64,000 bases of DNA from NCBI RefSeq assembly GCF_036321535.1, contig NC_087462.1, forward strand, positions 4,960,001 through 5,024,000, given 5' to 3'. The DNA comes from Camelus dromedarius (lineage: Eukaryota). Position 1 is the first letter of the stretch. Each line of letters starts with the position of its first letter. A program made the translations under genes and the position numbers. The notes beneath the pieces are model-generated. The model worked only from the letters and a program-made list of their open reading frames with translations, had not been told where the DNA came from and searched no databases. Below, in pieces: positions 46,201 to 59,400 of this stretch.

Positions 46201-49200
46201 GGCCCCCCACCTTCCCGCTGCCCCTCCCAAGGCTCACTCAGAGATTTCAGGTTGCTCAGATCAGCACGAAGACCATCCAGGTTCTGGAAGAGCTCAAACT
46301 CTGGGGGGGGGGGGGGCGGGGAGCAGGACTGGTGTCAGGGATGATGCCTGTGGGGCTGAGTCCCCCAGCCTGGCCCCCAGCTCCACAGCCCCCCTATCCC
46401 CGCCCCAATTCTCACCCTGAGATTCCATTCTCTTCTGTTCAGCTTGGATCCTCTCCATATTCTGCAACATCTGGGCAGCTGGTCACAGGGGAGGGGCTCA
46501 GTGGGAGGCAAGTTCTCAGACTCGCCCCCACCAACCCCCCTTGGCCTGAGTCTTTAGGGTCAGCTGCTCACTGCGCAGTTCGTAGTGGTCTAGAGCCCGG
46601 TCCCATCTGCTCACCCATCCCCACCTCCTCTCCTTTCCCTGGACCCTGAGCTGAGCTCACTCACCCTGGGATTTCTGAGCCATCTCGTCACCCTTGTGTC
46701 TTTCCAAGTCCTTGGAGACCTGAGTGACTGGGGCAGTGGGAGAGAAGGCACGTGTCCTTGGGAACCAGGAAGGCAGGTCCCTGAATCTCCGCTACGCCAA
46801 CCCCAAGTGCAGGTGCCCCCCAACTCACAGGGTCACAATGGCCACAGTTTTTGTTTTTAATTTCTGAGGCACAAGTATTTGTTTCATTGAGCAGATACTG
46901 CATTTTTTACAAATCGAAGGTTTGTGGCAACCAGGTGTTAAGCAAGTCTTTCAGCGCCATTTTTCCAACAGCAGTTGCTCCCTTTGGGTCTCTGTGTCAC
47001 ATTTTAGTAATTTTTGCAATGTCTCAAACTTTTTCATTATGATTATATTTGCTATGGCGATCTTTGATGTTACTCCTGAAATTCTTTCAGGGAACCATGA
47101 ACCACGCCCATAGAAGATGCTGAACTTAATCAATGAAAGTTCAGGCAGTTCCCCGTCTCCCTCCCTCCCTCGGGCCTCCCCAGTCCCCGAGACACAGCAG
47201 CATTGAAATTAGGCCAATGAATAGCCCTACTGTGGCCTCTAAGTGTCCAAGTGAGAGGGAGAGTCGGACGTCTCTCACTTGAAATCAAAAGCTAAAAAGT
47301 GATGAAGCCAAGTGAGGAGGGCAGGCCCAAAGCCGAGAGAGGCTGAAGGCTGGGTCTCTTGTGCCAAACAATCAAGTTGTGAAGGCAAGGGGAAAGTTCT
47401 TGAAGGAAGTTAAGAAGGCTGCTCCGGTAAAAACAGGAAGGCTAAGGAAGTGAAAGCCTCAGAGTTGAGGTGGAGGAAGTTGGAGCGGTCTGGGCAGAAA
47501 GTCAAACCAGCCACAAAACTCCCTCAAGCCAAAGCCTCATCCAGAGCCAGGCCCGAACTCTCCTCTGTTCTTTGAAGGCTGAGAGAGGAGGGGAAGCTGC
47601 AGAAGAAAAGTGTGAAGCCAGCAGAGGTTGGTGCACGAGCTTTAAGGAAAGAAGCCGTCTCCTTAACAGGAAAGTCAAGGGGAAGCGGCAAGGGCTGACG
47701 TTTACCTGATGATCATTCAGACAATCTAGCTAAGATAATAAACAGAGGTGGCTACATAAACAAGAGATTTTTCACTGTAGAAGAAACAGCCTTCTATTAT
47801 TGGAAGAAGATGCCATTGAGGGCATCCATAGCTAGAAAGAAGTCAATGACTGGCTTCCAAGCTTCAACGGACAGGCTGACTCTCTTGTTCGCGGCCAGTG
47901 CAGCCGGGGCCTTGCAGTTGAAGCCACTGCTCATTTACCTCCCCGAGTCCTAGCGCCCTTCAGAACGATGCTAAATCTACTCTGCCCGTGCTCTATAAAT
48001 GGAACAACAAAGCCCGGAAGAAGCACATCTATTTCCAACACGGTTTACTGAGTATTTTAAGCCCGAGATTGAGACCTGCTGCTCAGAAAAAAAGTTTCCT
48101 TTCAAAATATGACTGCTCATCGACCATGCACCTGGTCACCCCAGAGCCCTGACGGAGACGGACGGTGAGACTCTCGTGGTTTCCACGCCTGCTCACACGA
48201 CATCCATTCTGCAGCCCGGGGATCAAGGAGTCATCTCCACTTTCAAGTCTTATTATTAAGAAAATCCTTAAGAAAGACGTTTCATAAGGCTGTAGCTGCC
48301 ACAGGTCATGATTCCTCTGATGGATCTGGGCAAAGTCATCTGAGAACCTTCTGGAAAGGGTTCACCATTCTCGATGCTACTAAGAACATTTGTGAGTCAT
48401 GGGAAGAGGTCCGGATATCAGCATTAACAGGAACTGGGAAGAAGTTGATTCCAACCCTCGCGGGTGACTTTGAGGGTTTCAAGACCTCAGTGGAGGAAGT
48501 CACTGCAGATGCAGAAGAAACAGCAAGAGAACTAGAATTCGAAGTGAAGCCTGCTTCTGGTTACCAAAAGGGACGGTGGGGGGAGAGATAAATTAGGGGT
48601 TTGGGATTAACAGATACACACTACTATAAATACAAAATAGATAAACAACAAGGTCGTACTGTATAGCACAGGGAACTATATTCAATAGCTTGTAAAAACC
48701 TATACTGAAAAAGACTATGAGAAGGCAGATACACGTATGTGTGCAACGGAGTCACTATGCTGCACACCAGAAACTAACACAACGTTACAAAGCCGCTATA
48801 ATTCACTCTAAAAAAAAAAAAAAGTGGAGCCTGAAGATGTGACCAAACAGCTGTCATCTCAGGATAAAGCTCTAACAGATGAGGAGCTGCTTCTTAAGGG
48901 GGAGCAAAGACAGTGGTTTCTGGAGACAGAATCTACGCGTGGTGCAGACGCTGTGCAGATTGTTGAAAACGACAACCACAGATTTCGAACAGCGGATACA
49001 CTTTGCTGATGAAGCGGCAGCAGGGGCTGAGAGGGTGGACTCCAATTTTGAAAGAAGTTCTGTGGATAAGATGTTATAAAACAGCACTGCAGGCTACAGA
49101 GTAGTTGTTCATAAAAGGAAGAGTCCGTCGATGTGGCCGACTTCATAGTTGTCTGATTTTAAGAAATTGCCGCAGCCACCCCAACCTTCAGCGACCATCC

Positions 49201-51363
49201 CCCTGGTCAGTCAGCCACCGCCAAGGCCAGACCCTCCGCCAGCAAACAGATTACTGCTCGCTGATCATGCTTAGCATCCTTTTTCTTAGTAATAGAGTAT
49301 TTTAAAATTAAGATACGTACACTTTTTAGACTAATGCTATTGCACATGGTGTAACGTAAACATAACTTTTATATGTACTGGGAAACCAGAGTATTCGTGC
49401 AGCTCGCTTTTACTGAGACGCTGGCTTTATTCTGGACCAAACCTGCAATATCTCCGAGGTCTGCCTGTACTCGGGAAAGGGCAGGCAAGGATAGAATGAA
49501 CGTGTGGACCCTTCCCTGACCCAGAATTAAACAGGAAAGCAGCAGGCATTTCTTAAAAGCTCACTGGACTCGATTCTGAAAGTCTTGGCTAAAATTCTGC
49601 CCATTTTACTGGCAAGGAAGCTGAGGCACGGAGCTTTTACATAACACCCCACTAGGCACCTCTCAGAGCCCTCGCCTCCAAGAGTCTCTGGGTTTTTACC
49701 CCCCCCGGAGGTGGGCACAGACTGACCCTCCATTCCTGGGGGGAAACTGGAGCCAGCTCCTCACCCCACATCCCACAGCACTGAGTGGCTGAGGCAGGAC
49801 CACAGCCTAGTGTCTCACCCACCCCACCCCTTGGTTCCTCCATACCGTTCCGGGCAGCATTCTCTTCCAGCTGTTTCAGATTTCGTAGAGTGTCCCAATC
49901 TGGGGAGGAGGGGAGAAGAGGAGGGGGGAGGAAGTATGTTTCAAGTGCCCTCATCCTTCTACACCCCACCTGCCAGCTGGGGATGGAGGCCATGGGTACA
50001 CCATGTGGGAGGTGCCCGAAGGATGGGTACTGGGCCAGGGCACAGGGCTCTCAAGGGTGGGTGGAACGAGCATGGGAAGGGGATGGTGGGGTCACGATGG
50101 GAGACAGGATGGGGAAATTGGGCTCTGAGGGGTCTGTTGGGCTCCCCAGGATCTGAGGGTGGGGGGATCTGGGAGGGAACACAAGAGGGAGGCTGTGTGG
50201 GGCTGGGGGTGTCCTCACGCCACAGGAGAAGCAGAGTCAGCAGCCCGGCCCACAGAGCTGCAGTCACCAGCCCCACCAGCGCCAGCTGTATCCCCTTCCT
50301 ACAGCACCGCCGCCTTCTGGTAAATTTTGAGAAGTCTGCTGGGAGTTGGGTGAGTGACAAGGGGCGCGGTGTGAGGCTGGGCTCCAGCTCTGCCATCTTT
50401 CTGTCACCCACAGCCCCAGAGTCCTGGGAGCACATCCAGAGCCCACACTGAAGCAGAGGGTCTCAGTGGACCCCCAGCCTCCTCTGTACACTTTCCCAAC
50501 ATGCTGCTTTCATATCCATCAGCAACTCCCCCCTTTGTCTGTCCATCTCTGCATCTGGGCACCTCTGAGTCTGTCCCTCTGCCCATCCAGCCCAATGTCA
50601 GCCGCTCCTTCTGCCCACATTCCAGTGGCCTGACCCAGGGCCAGGTCACTGTCCAGAGAGACAGGTCTGGGGCCAGGAGCTGAGATCCCTTCTCCACGGG
50701 CCTCCTCCTCAGGTGGTGGGCCCCTACCTAGCTCTCACCTGTGGCCCTCCTCCCCCGGAGGGATTCAGTTACCCCACCCCCACCCAGTGCTTGGTCCCCA
50801 GCCCCACCTCTGGAAGACTGGGTCCCCCTTCCCTCCTGACCCCAGCCCTCACCCTGATGCCTGTGCCCTACTCTGAACTTCCCTAGACATGAGACACTGG
50901 GTCTCAGACCTTCTCCGTATCAGAGCTCTTCCCTCACTCCCACTCTGGGGTCCCCCAGGGCTCTACCTTGATGCCTCAGTGCGGGCCCGGGCCCCCTCCC
51001 CTCAGCCTGGCCGTGAGGAGTCATCCTGCTGAATTCCACTTGTTCTGAGTCCCCTTCCACATGGGCTTCTCTCTACTGGGCTCCTAGTGCACCCATTGGA
51101 GCTGTTTTGTTGTCATGAGGGGGTTGAGTCAGGGAAGGGAGGGGCCCACTGCTTCCTTCGCCTGACTGGCTCTGTGCCAGGGAAGGCCAGTCTGGGCTCA
51201 CCTCCCTCCCAGGCTGGGTTTTTGCTAGAAATTTACTTTTCTTCCCAGAGAGGTTCCCAGGAGCCCTTCTCCTCTCCTGGGGGGAGGTAGGAGGTCAGGG
51301 TTCTTGCGTTTGCCAGAGTCGGCTTTAGAGAGTTCTCTCACCTGAGAATGAACTTTCCTCCAT
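42860..51363 (-). CDS. FCER2: Low-affinity IgE receptor CD23a, type II C-type lectin, 289 aa
   Basis: Exons 51363-51342, 50335-50219 (TM), 49899-49846, 46727-46665, 46478-46416, 46300-46238 (three 63-nt stalk repeats), 46111-46022, 43785-43634, 43483-43377, 42998-42860. They sum to 870 nt, all GT-AG; lectin domain CNTCPEKW...WVCDRLATC*. Confidence 0.96.
43818..44129. repeat. Minisatellite of 26 x 12 bp (GTGGYRGGSRCY-like) in FCER2 intron 8
   Basis: 312 nt with no indels; abuts the lectin exon acceptor region. Confidence 0.95.
46872..49467 (+). mobile_element. Tigger1 (TcMar) DNA transposon relic, near full length, in FCER2 intron 4
   Basis: 5' gcagatactgcattttttacaaatcgaaggtttgtggcaacc and 3' terminus ctccgaggtctgcctg-TA; the internal transposase-derived text is decayed. 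Confidence 0.9.
48554..48822 (+). mobile_element. 5'-truncated L1 3' end nested in Tigger1
   Basis: Poly-A tail; target-site duplication aagtgaagcctg / aagtggagcctg. Confidence 0.85.
50967..51024 (-). CDS. FCER2: Candidate CD23b-type alternative first coding exon (extended form)
   Basis: gaacaagtggaattcagcagg ATG ACT CCT CAC GGC CAG G resembles the recalled human CD23b start (MNPPSQ). The expected donor reads CT; the next donor AAG|GTAGAG is in phase 1. Confidence 0.55.
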
Positions 51364-51679
51364 GGCAGCGCTGCTTGGACTCTCCAAGGGACTCACCACC
51401 TGTCAAGGCAGCTCGTTTGCCAGGCACAGTCGCCGCTCTGGCTTGGATCTGGGTTCTAACGAGGGTTGGGGTTAGGGTGAGATGTCAGGCCCTAGTTACC
51501 GGCACAGGACAGCATCTTGGACTTGAGGAGCTCAGTGGCCACTGGCCAGTTTTGTTTGGTCCACAGGTGGGAGTCAAGGTTGCAGTTAACTGGGGGATGC
51601 AGCTGGGGTGGAGGGTCAGAGGCCAGAGACCAGAGGTGGGCACCCCAGAGGCCATCACAGGTGAGGTATAAAGCAGGTG

Positions 51680-53880
51680 CTCAATCAATGTGTGATCTTG
51701 GCAAGTAGCTGAACCTCAAAACCAATTTCTTCAGCCATAAAATGACAATATTAATAATACCTACACTGTAGTGCGATGATCTGCTCTACATGAATGTCTG
51801 AAGTGCTTTGAACAAGGCCTGGGACATTGTAAGGACTCCCACATCATCAGGTCTTGTTAACTATTCCTGCCTGTACCACCTCCCCCAGGACTCAACCTTT
51901 CTGAGCCTCAGTATTCCCCTCTGTAAAATGGAGGTGATGATGGAACCCAAACCGTGAGGCCTGGGTAGGACCAAATGAGATAAGGATGTACATGAGGCTT
52001 TTGACAGTGCTGCACACAGTGGGTCTTCAGATCCTCAATGTCTGTCAAGCATCTGCTCTGTGCCAGGTCGAGTGGGGAAATGCAGACTGTCACCCAGACC
52101 CCAGCTTCCTCCTCTGCGTCTTTAAAATCTCTTGACTTTGAAACGCCTACTAGGTGCCATAGACTGTGGGCTTCGGGGTCAGACAAGCCTTGTGGTCACC
52201 AACTGTCCTCCTGCTGGGTGACTATGGGCAAGTTGCTTGCCCTCTCTGAGTCTCAGAGAAATGGAGACGAGGGGCAGCCAGGCTCTGATTAACAGCAGCT
52301 CCAATTGGGTCCTTCTCCATTCTGGAGGAGGCCAGAGGTGTCATCATCCAGACACACCTGAGCCCAAGCTGGGCAGACCTGGGGCTGAGTGCTAGCTTCT
52401 CCCTGGACAAGTGACTCAGTTTGCTCATCTGTAAACTGGGGGTGAGCGACTGTGCTGACTCCACAATGCAGAATGATGTGGTGTGCGAAGTCCTGGCATA
52501 CAGTAGGTGCTCAGTAGATCTACAGGTGGGGTATTAGGTGAACTGAGGTACAGAGAGGGTAATTTGTTCATATCACTCCGTAGTGGGACTGGGACTTGAA
52601 CCCATGATGTGAGAGCCTATCTGCTTCACCACTGGGGGACACGGCCTCCTGGTAGGTGTCTGCTGGTGAGGGCCAGGGCAGCAGTGTCCCGAAGCCCGCT
52701 CATCTTTCTAACGTGAGGGTTCCCGACTCTGCTTGCAGCCTTCCGTGGCTCTCCAGGGTCCTGCAGGATCAGCCCCCAGTGCATCCGCCAAGATCACCTT
52801 TTCTGCTCAGTCATGCCAATCGGCTGGTTTTCACTTCCCCAGACTAAGTCCCTGCACACCTGGCAATCCTGTCCATGCCTGTCCACTGCCCGCCGCCTCT
52901 CTGTCCCGCAGACCTCCTCCTAGTCACCCCTCGAGACTCGGCCCAGAGGTCACTTCTTGCAGGAAGACTTTGATGTCTGCTTCCCATTGCCAGCTCGCTC
53001 TTCTCTCTCTCTCTTTCTCTCTCTGTCTGTCTCTCTCACTCCCTCACACACACACACACGCACACTCACATACAGAGTCACATGTGCACACACACTTACA
53101 AACCTGTTCACACACAGTCACGCACTCAGAGGCACAGACACACAGACACACAGCCATACCACATCACGCACTCACTTGAGTTTTGAGCAGGCCGCTCTTC
53201 TCCTGGTCCGCTGGGGCCAGCTGGAGAGGCCGGCAGGGGCCACAGGCTGCGGTGAGGGGTTGAACTCGGTGAGGCACTTTCTTATGAAAGTGGACTCACC
53301 CACCCACTGCTTCTATTTTCACAGACCTAATTAAGGGCTTGCCACCCGGATAACCACGTTTCACACATGGCCTCCTTCGATGCTCCGCACAACCTGGTGA
53401 AGTCTGTGCCACGATTATCTCCATCTCTCAGGTGAACAAACAGGTTCCAAGACTCTAAGCCACCTTCCCAAAGTGGGGAAGGAGGTAAGTACTAGAGTCA
53501 GGATTTGAACTCAAGTGACTAAATCATTATGCTGCTGTGGCTGGGAAGAGTGGGGAGAGAGAGGAAAAGAAGGAAGGAGGGAGGAATTGAGGGAGAAAAG
53601 GAAAAGAAAGACACATCCTATAATTAACATTCTGGCCAAATACTGCCAATTTTGTTATACGGTCTAATTCAGTAGCAGCGCATGCTGGGTACCGGCCTTG
53701 GTGTCTGAGATGCATTAGCACATGTAATGTTCCCAGCCACCCTATGAGGTAAATGCTTTTGTTACCAATGCTGTCTTGTGGAGGAAGGATATGAAGCACA
53801 GAGAGGTTAAGCAACTTCCCAAGATCACACAGCTCACAAATGGCAGAGCCAGGATTTGAACCCAGGCAGTGTGGGTCCTG
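51680..53880. mobile_element. Cluster of MIR/L2 relics around FCER2 intron 1 and promoter
   Basis: Several MIR-core texts (ctcagtttgctcatctgtaaa, gaggttaagcaacttcccaagatcacacagc). Confidence 0.7.
53176..53290 (-). promoter_or_regulatory. FCER2: FCER2 (CD23a) non-coding exon 1 and proximal promoter with a STAT6-type site
   Basis: Donor CAA|GTGAGT at 53175; exon 2 acceptor at 51442-51443; TTC-N4-GAA (TTCTTATGAA) at 53279-53288. The 5' end is approximate. Confidence 0.65.
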
Positions 53881-55477
53881 AGTCTGCAGCCCACACCCCT
53901 CTGCACCTCACCTTATATTGACAGAGACTTCTTGACACATCACACACCCTGCTTCCTCCCTCAAATGTGTCCCCTGATCCTTAACCCCCTCCCCGTTCTC
54001 AGTAGGGGACCTCCTAACGCCAAACTCCTGGATGGGCTGCCTCCCCACCTCAGGCTGGACACTGCCTCTCAGGACTCTCTGACTCTCCCTGGCATTCCGC
54101 CTCCCAACCTGGGCTAGGCCAGGCTGCCCACCAAGCAGGGAGGGGGCTGGCTGGATTGTCACCAGACTGTGCACTCCAGGGTAGCAGGTACTGTTGTTGC
54201 CTCATCTGTCCTGCTGTGTCCCCAGCTGGAGATGGGCAGCCCTCAGTGCATGTCTGCTGAACGAAGGATTCTGGTGGGCTGAGGCTGTTTGCTCTGGGCC
54301 CCCAAATGTCCTTCTCGACCTTGATTGGAGCTAATTGTGGGGCCCCGAACCCACTTCCTGGTTTGCCAAGTGCCAGAGGATGAGCAATTTAAGGAGGAGA
54401 GAGTCAGGCCTGGGGTCTGCTGGGAGCACAAAGACAGCGGGAGGCCTGGGGGTGGGGACCTGGTGGGGACAATAGGGGGATGTCATCTGGTCCAGGAGCC
54501 AGAGGTGGCCTGGGACAGTGGCTGTGAAGATGGAGAGAAGCAGGTAGGTTAGAGATGAGAGGACTGTGAGGATGGGAGAGGAGTGGGTGCTCAGAAGATG
54601 CTATGGAAGATGACTGGAGTGTCTGGGTGGACAGTGGGGCTGTCCTAGTAATGGGGACACAGGAAGGTGGAGGAGAAAGTTTTGGAACAAGTCCTGCTGG
54701 GCTGCAGTGAGGACATAGGACAAGGTTTCAGATGGAGGGTGGGGCTGTGATGGAGTCTGGTGTTTCAGAGCTTCTGAGGACTCTGCGGGCCACACCACAG
54801 CCCCAGTCCACACTGGTGCCCACTGGCCCTTCGTGTCCTAAATGGGGCTCAAGGGCTCACATGGTGCTGGGTCCCTGCCAAGACTCAATTTAGACAAGAG
54901 GATGTTTTGGGGGTGAAGTCTCACCCCCCCACTCTGGGTGCTGGTGGGACCCTGTCACAGATCGCTCCCTCCCTCTTCCCCTCTGCGGTGTAACCCACGT
55001 CTCTCACTGACTTTAGGGGATAAACAGGAAACCATGCGGATATCAGCCATGACCCGAGGGTGTCGGTTCTTCTTTCGGGGTTGGAGATCCCTGAGCCTGG
55101 GGCTGCCCCTCAGTCATGGCCAGTCCTGGGTCCAGACTCTGTAGGAATGAGTCGGGGCTCTGCCAACGACCATAAACAGTTCCCGGGTGGGATGCCAGCC
55201 CAGCCCTGACCCTACTGGACCCCAATTCGTCCCCCAACCCCAGCCCGCCCTCGGTGCCTCGCAGAGCCGTTCCCCAGCGCTGTAACACAGAGCCTCAGCA
55301 CCTGGGACAGAGCCCGGCGCTCAAGGCAAATGTGATGCAAGAACCTGGCCACCCCACCTGTTCAGTCTCTCCTGGTGTTTCGAGGGGGAGAAAGGAAGGG
55401 TGCGTGAATGTGTGGTGGAAGAGGGCAGTGGGCGTGTCAAACCCGGGAGGGCTTCCAGGAGAAGGTATCTCTAAATC

Positions 55478-55690
55478 TGGGTTTCTCACTTTCGGCACTG
55501 TGGACACTGGTGCAGGGTGATTTCCCCATCATGGGGGCGCTATCCTGTGCATTGTTGGGTGTTCAGCAGCGTCCCTGGCCTCCGCTCCCTAGTTGCCTAG
55601 CTTTTACCCCTCTACCTTCCAAAAATGTCTCCAGACATCAGCAAATACCCCCTGGGGGGCAGAATCACCCCCAGTTGGGAACCACTGCTC
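55478..55690. mobile_element. MER20 hAT DNA transposon
   Basis: gtttctcactttcggcactgtggacac ... aatcacccccagttgggaaccactg. Confidence 0.8.
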
Positions 55691-56094
55691 TGAAGCATGA
55701 TTTATAGCGGAGAAGGTGCTGGTTTCAGGCTTTCAACGCTCTTTTGCTGTTTCCCTCTGTCCGGATGTCTCTCACCATCTGCTGTCGACAGATCAATCAC
55801 CTCTCCCCTCTTTCATTCACTCAACAACCGTTCATTGAGTCCCTACTATGTGCAAACAAGATAAAGCCCCAACTCTCTAGAGAGAGGAAGACAAAGGTTT
55901 TTGGTTTTCATTGTAGTGAAAATGTAAGTAACACAGAATTTCCCATTTTAATCATTTTCAATGGCAGTAAGTCCACTCTTGTGCAACCATCCCTACCATC
56001 CATCCCAGAAATTTCTCCTCTCCTCAAACTGAAACTCTGTCCCCGTTAAATGCTGAATCCCCACCCCCTCCCCCAGCCCCTGGCACCCATCATT

Positions 56095-56236
56095 NNNNNN
56101 NNNNNNNNNNNNNNNNNNNNNNNNNNNNNNNNNNNNNNNNNNNNNNNNNNNNNNNNNNNNNNNNNNNNNNNNNNNNNNNNNNNNNNNNNNNNNNNNNNNN
56201 NNNNNNNNNNNNNNNNNNNNNNNNNNNNNNNNNNNN
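56095..56236. other. Assembly gap
   Basis: Run of N. Confidence 1.
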
Positions 56237-56759
56237 AACGTTCAGAAATCCGCGACAATTTTAGGTGGTCGAAAGCAGGGTTGGAGGTACCCGGAGGTGG
56301 AGCTGGTTTAGATTGCAGGACTCAGAAACCTGGGGGACACCACCCCCAGGGGAAGCAGAGGCCATTGCTGGATTTTTATCTAAATGTTTCAGCTGCCACA
56401 GATCCTCCCGTGGGGCTTTGCAAGCTCAGTATCATGAGCTGGCACCCATCCCCTCACAGCCAGGGGAAATCCACGCTCTCCTCTCCCAGAGGACCCAGGC
56501 CCCGGAGAGGGGCCAGTGGTCCTGCAGCATCCCCCACCTTGACCATGTGACTTACACGGACTCCATGGGCCTCAGTTTCCCTTGCAGAGGAAGGCACTGG
56601 ACTCCTGGACCCGGAAGCCCAGGGGCCACAATCAGCTCCTCCCTGGCATTCCTCCAGCACTGTGGGGAAGTAGGAATTCCAAAGAACTGTGGTTGGGCCT
56701 GAGTGACAGCTACTGTGACTCACTCGGGTGAGGGATGTGGGGCGTGGGGACCCCTAACA

Positions 56760-57345
56760 CCCAGACACCCAGATACACACGCACACAGTCATGAAGTAGT
56801 GCAACACCATCACCCACAGCAACACACACACACCCCCCAACAGGCACTGCACAACTGAACCACAGACACATGCACAACACACACACACAGACACAACAGA
56901 GAAGCACAAACACACAGAGACATCCGTACAACACGCACGCAACGATTTAGACACACAGACACAACAGAATCCAACCACAGAAGCACTCGCAACGCAAAAC
57001 CACACAAGCACCACGTGCACATAGACAGGACCCAGAGACATCTACACAACACACACAGATGCAGACCAGAGGACATCGCCAAGCCACACACACACACAAC
57101 ACATACACATGGATACACACAGACACGGGTGCACGGAATCACAGAGGTACACACAACATAAACGCACAGATACAGACACATTACAAGGGAGCTACAGATA
57201 CGAGACAGACACACCCAACGTGCACAGCTACACACACACAACATAATCGTATGCACACATATAAATGCACAGAAACATACACAAATGCACAGACATACAG
57301 AGACACACAACGCAGGCAACACACACACAGAAGTACATTCAGACG
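56760..57345. repeat. Degenerate CA-rich low-complexity tract
   Basis: About 600 nt of ACACAC/AGACAC variants. Confidence 0.85.
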
Positions 57346-57589
57346 CGCACGTGTATGTGCGCCCTCTGCCGGTCTTCTGCAGAGCTGTTTCAAAGGAGGG
57401 CTTGATGGACAGAAGCCGGGCCCTTCCCATCAGCAGCCCTCCTGCTCACCCTGCAGACCTCAGTTCCCCTCTGGAAACCTCTCTCCACCTCTGCACCACC
57501 GCTGGCTTCCATCACCCCAGTCCTTGCTGATTTCTCCGTGTTCAGTCCCATGCATCTCCTGAGTTTCCTTTGTTCACGCACTGATTCAC

Positions 57590-59400
57590 TCTTATCGACG
57601 AAAAAAATTCACCAAGGGTCAATCTAAGAAAGACATGGAAAAATTGATTCAAGCCAAATGGAGGATTCTAACCTAGGAAACAGTCTCTGAGAGAGCTCTG
57701 AGGACTGTTCCAAAGAGGGAAAAGGGGAGGCCAGTATAGACATGATTTTGGAGAGGGGCTTCGTGCAATCAAGCACTTGTCTTGGTAGAAGGGTCCTGCT
57801 ATTCTCCAGGGACAGACATCTTCTTCATGGTCTTAGTGCTTTTCTAAGTAGGGGGAGACACAAGAAACTGTCTTCCTAAAATTGTCTCCTGAAAATACCT
57901 AACTGCCTGAGGGCCAGTTCTGCCAATTTCTCCAGAGCACAAAGTGCCTCATTCTCATCTTCGCCCTGAATTCCTCACAGGGTCACTGCAGGTCACTGAC
58001 TGCAGCGGCTAATGACTTGATTCCTGCAGAACTGGATAGTAGGCAACATTCTTTACTTTAGAATCCTTTCTCTTTCAGCCTGAATGTCCACCAAAGTTTG
58101 GGAGGCTTTTCATGAGCAATCTGTCCCATGGTGCTGGCAATGCTCATCCCCACGGCAGGAGAAGACTTTGTTGATAGGACCCTCACTGTGCTATTTTTTA
58201 AATTTTTTTTATTGAAGTGTAGTTGGTTGATAAAGTTAGTTTCAGGTGTACAGCAAAGTGATTCTGTTATACATACACATACATAAATACACATATTTTC
58301 AGATTCTTTTCCATTATAGCTTACTAAAAGAAATTGAGTATAGTTCCCTGTGCTATGTGGTAGGTCCTTGTTGTTTATTTCTTTTATACACAATAGTGTA
58401 CATCTGTTAATCCCAAACTCCTAATTTATCCCTCCCCTCCTTTCCCCCTTGGTAACCATAGTTTGTTTTCTATGTCCAAGAACCCTCATTATGCTATTAC
58501 TGAATGAGACCCTGTTAACAGGAGCCAAAGCCTCTGGACCACCCATCCTATTTGTCTGTTATGATCCAGGGAATGGTTCCTTCTTGTGGCTTCTCCCCAT
58601 AGCTACATTTACACTATTGCAATCATTCATCCCACAGGACTAAACATTTGCTCCAACATTTCAAGTCGCCTAACCATGATTAATTTTACCTGAGGCTCAG
58701 CCACATATTCCGTAACACAAGAAACTATAATCTTGAAATATAAGCAAATTACAAGTAAGTACTTCAGCTAAGAACTTCCATTAGGTGTGGCCCAGTACCT
58801 CCCCAGGTCTGCTGACCAGTCTGTTCTGCACCAACCACAATCTTTAAGGGAAATGACATATTTGTGTTGTACACAAAGTTCACCACAGATGTCTGCCTGA
58901 ATGAGGCAAGTGGTGGGTCATCGTGAGACGGGAGGGAAGGGGGCAGGGCGCGGCCATTAAAGCAATGACACAGCAATTACCACCAAGATGGCGGGAGATT
59001 CAACTCCCAGTAGACCTTGAGGCCCAAAATGGCTGGAGATTTGACTTCCAGCAGACCCTGAGCTTCATTTTACACATTGTAACGTCCCAGCAAGGTGAAT
59101 GACACACCCACAGGCACCATGACGGTTCCAAGGCTGACCATGAAAGGTCAAAAAGTGGGCTGTGGCCCAGCTCCTGGGAATCCCAGCCCCTTCCCCAAAG
59201 TAGTTGGAATAATCCTGCCACTTGTTGGCATATGAAAATTAGCAACACTGCACCTCACGGGCACTCTCTCTCTCGCCTTCTGAGACGGCCTGCTCTCTGT
59301 CTATGGAGTGGGCACCTCTGAATAAATCTACTTTTACTCAACTGTGGCTCGCTCTTGAATTCTTTCCTGCACGAAGCCAAGGACCCTGACTTGGAGGAGC
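57590..59400. mobile_element. LTR - L1 3' fragment - LTR stack
   Basis: LTR related to the 21.3 kb copies (about 57590-58185); antisense L1 end (about 58190-58470); LTR ending aataaatctac..gaattctttcctgcacgaagccaaggaccc (to about 59400). Confidence 0.65.

Noticed and set aside
47400-49100. Active Tigger transposase
   Set aside because: Broken by stops, deletions and an L1 insertion; only short ORF fragments remain.
56710-57562. Cys/Val-rich ORFs resembling keratin-associated proteins
   Set aside because: They are translations of the degenerate (CA)n tract.
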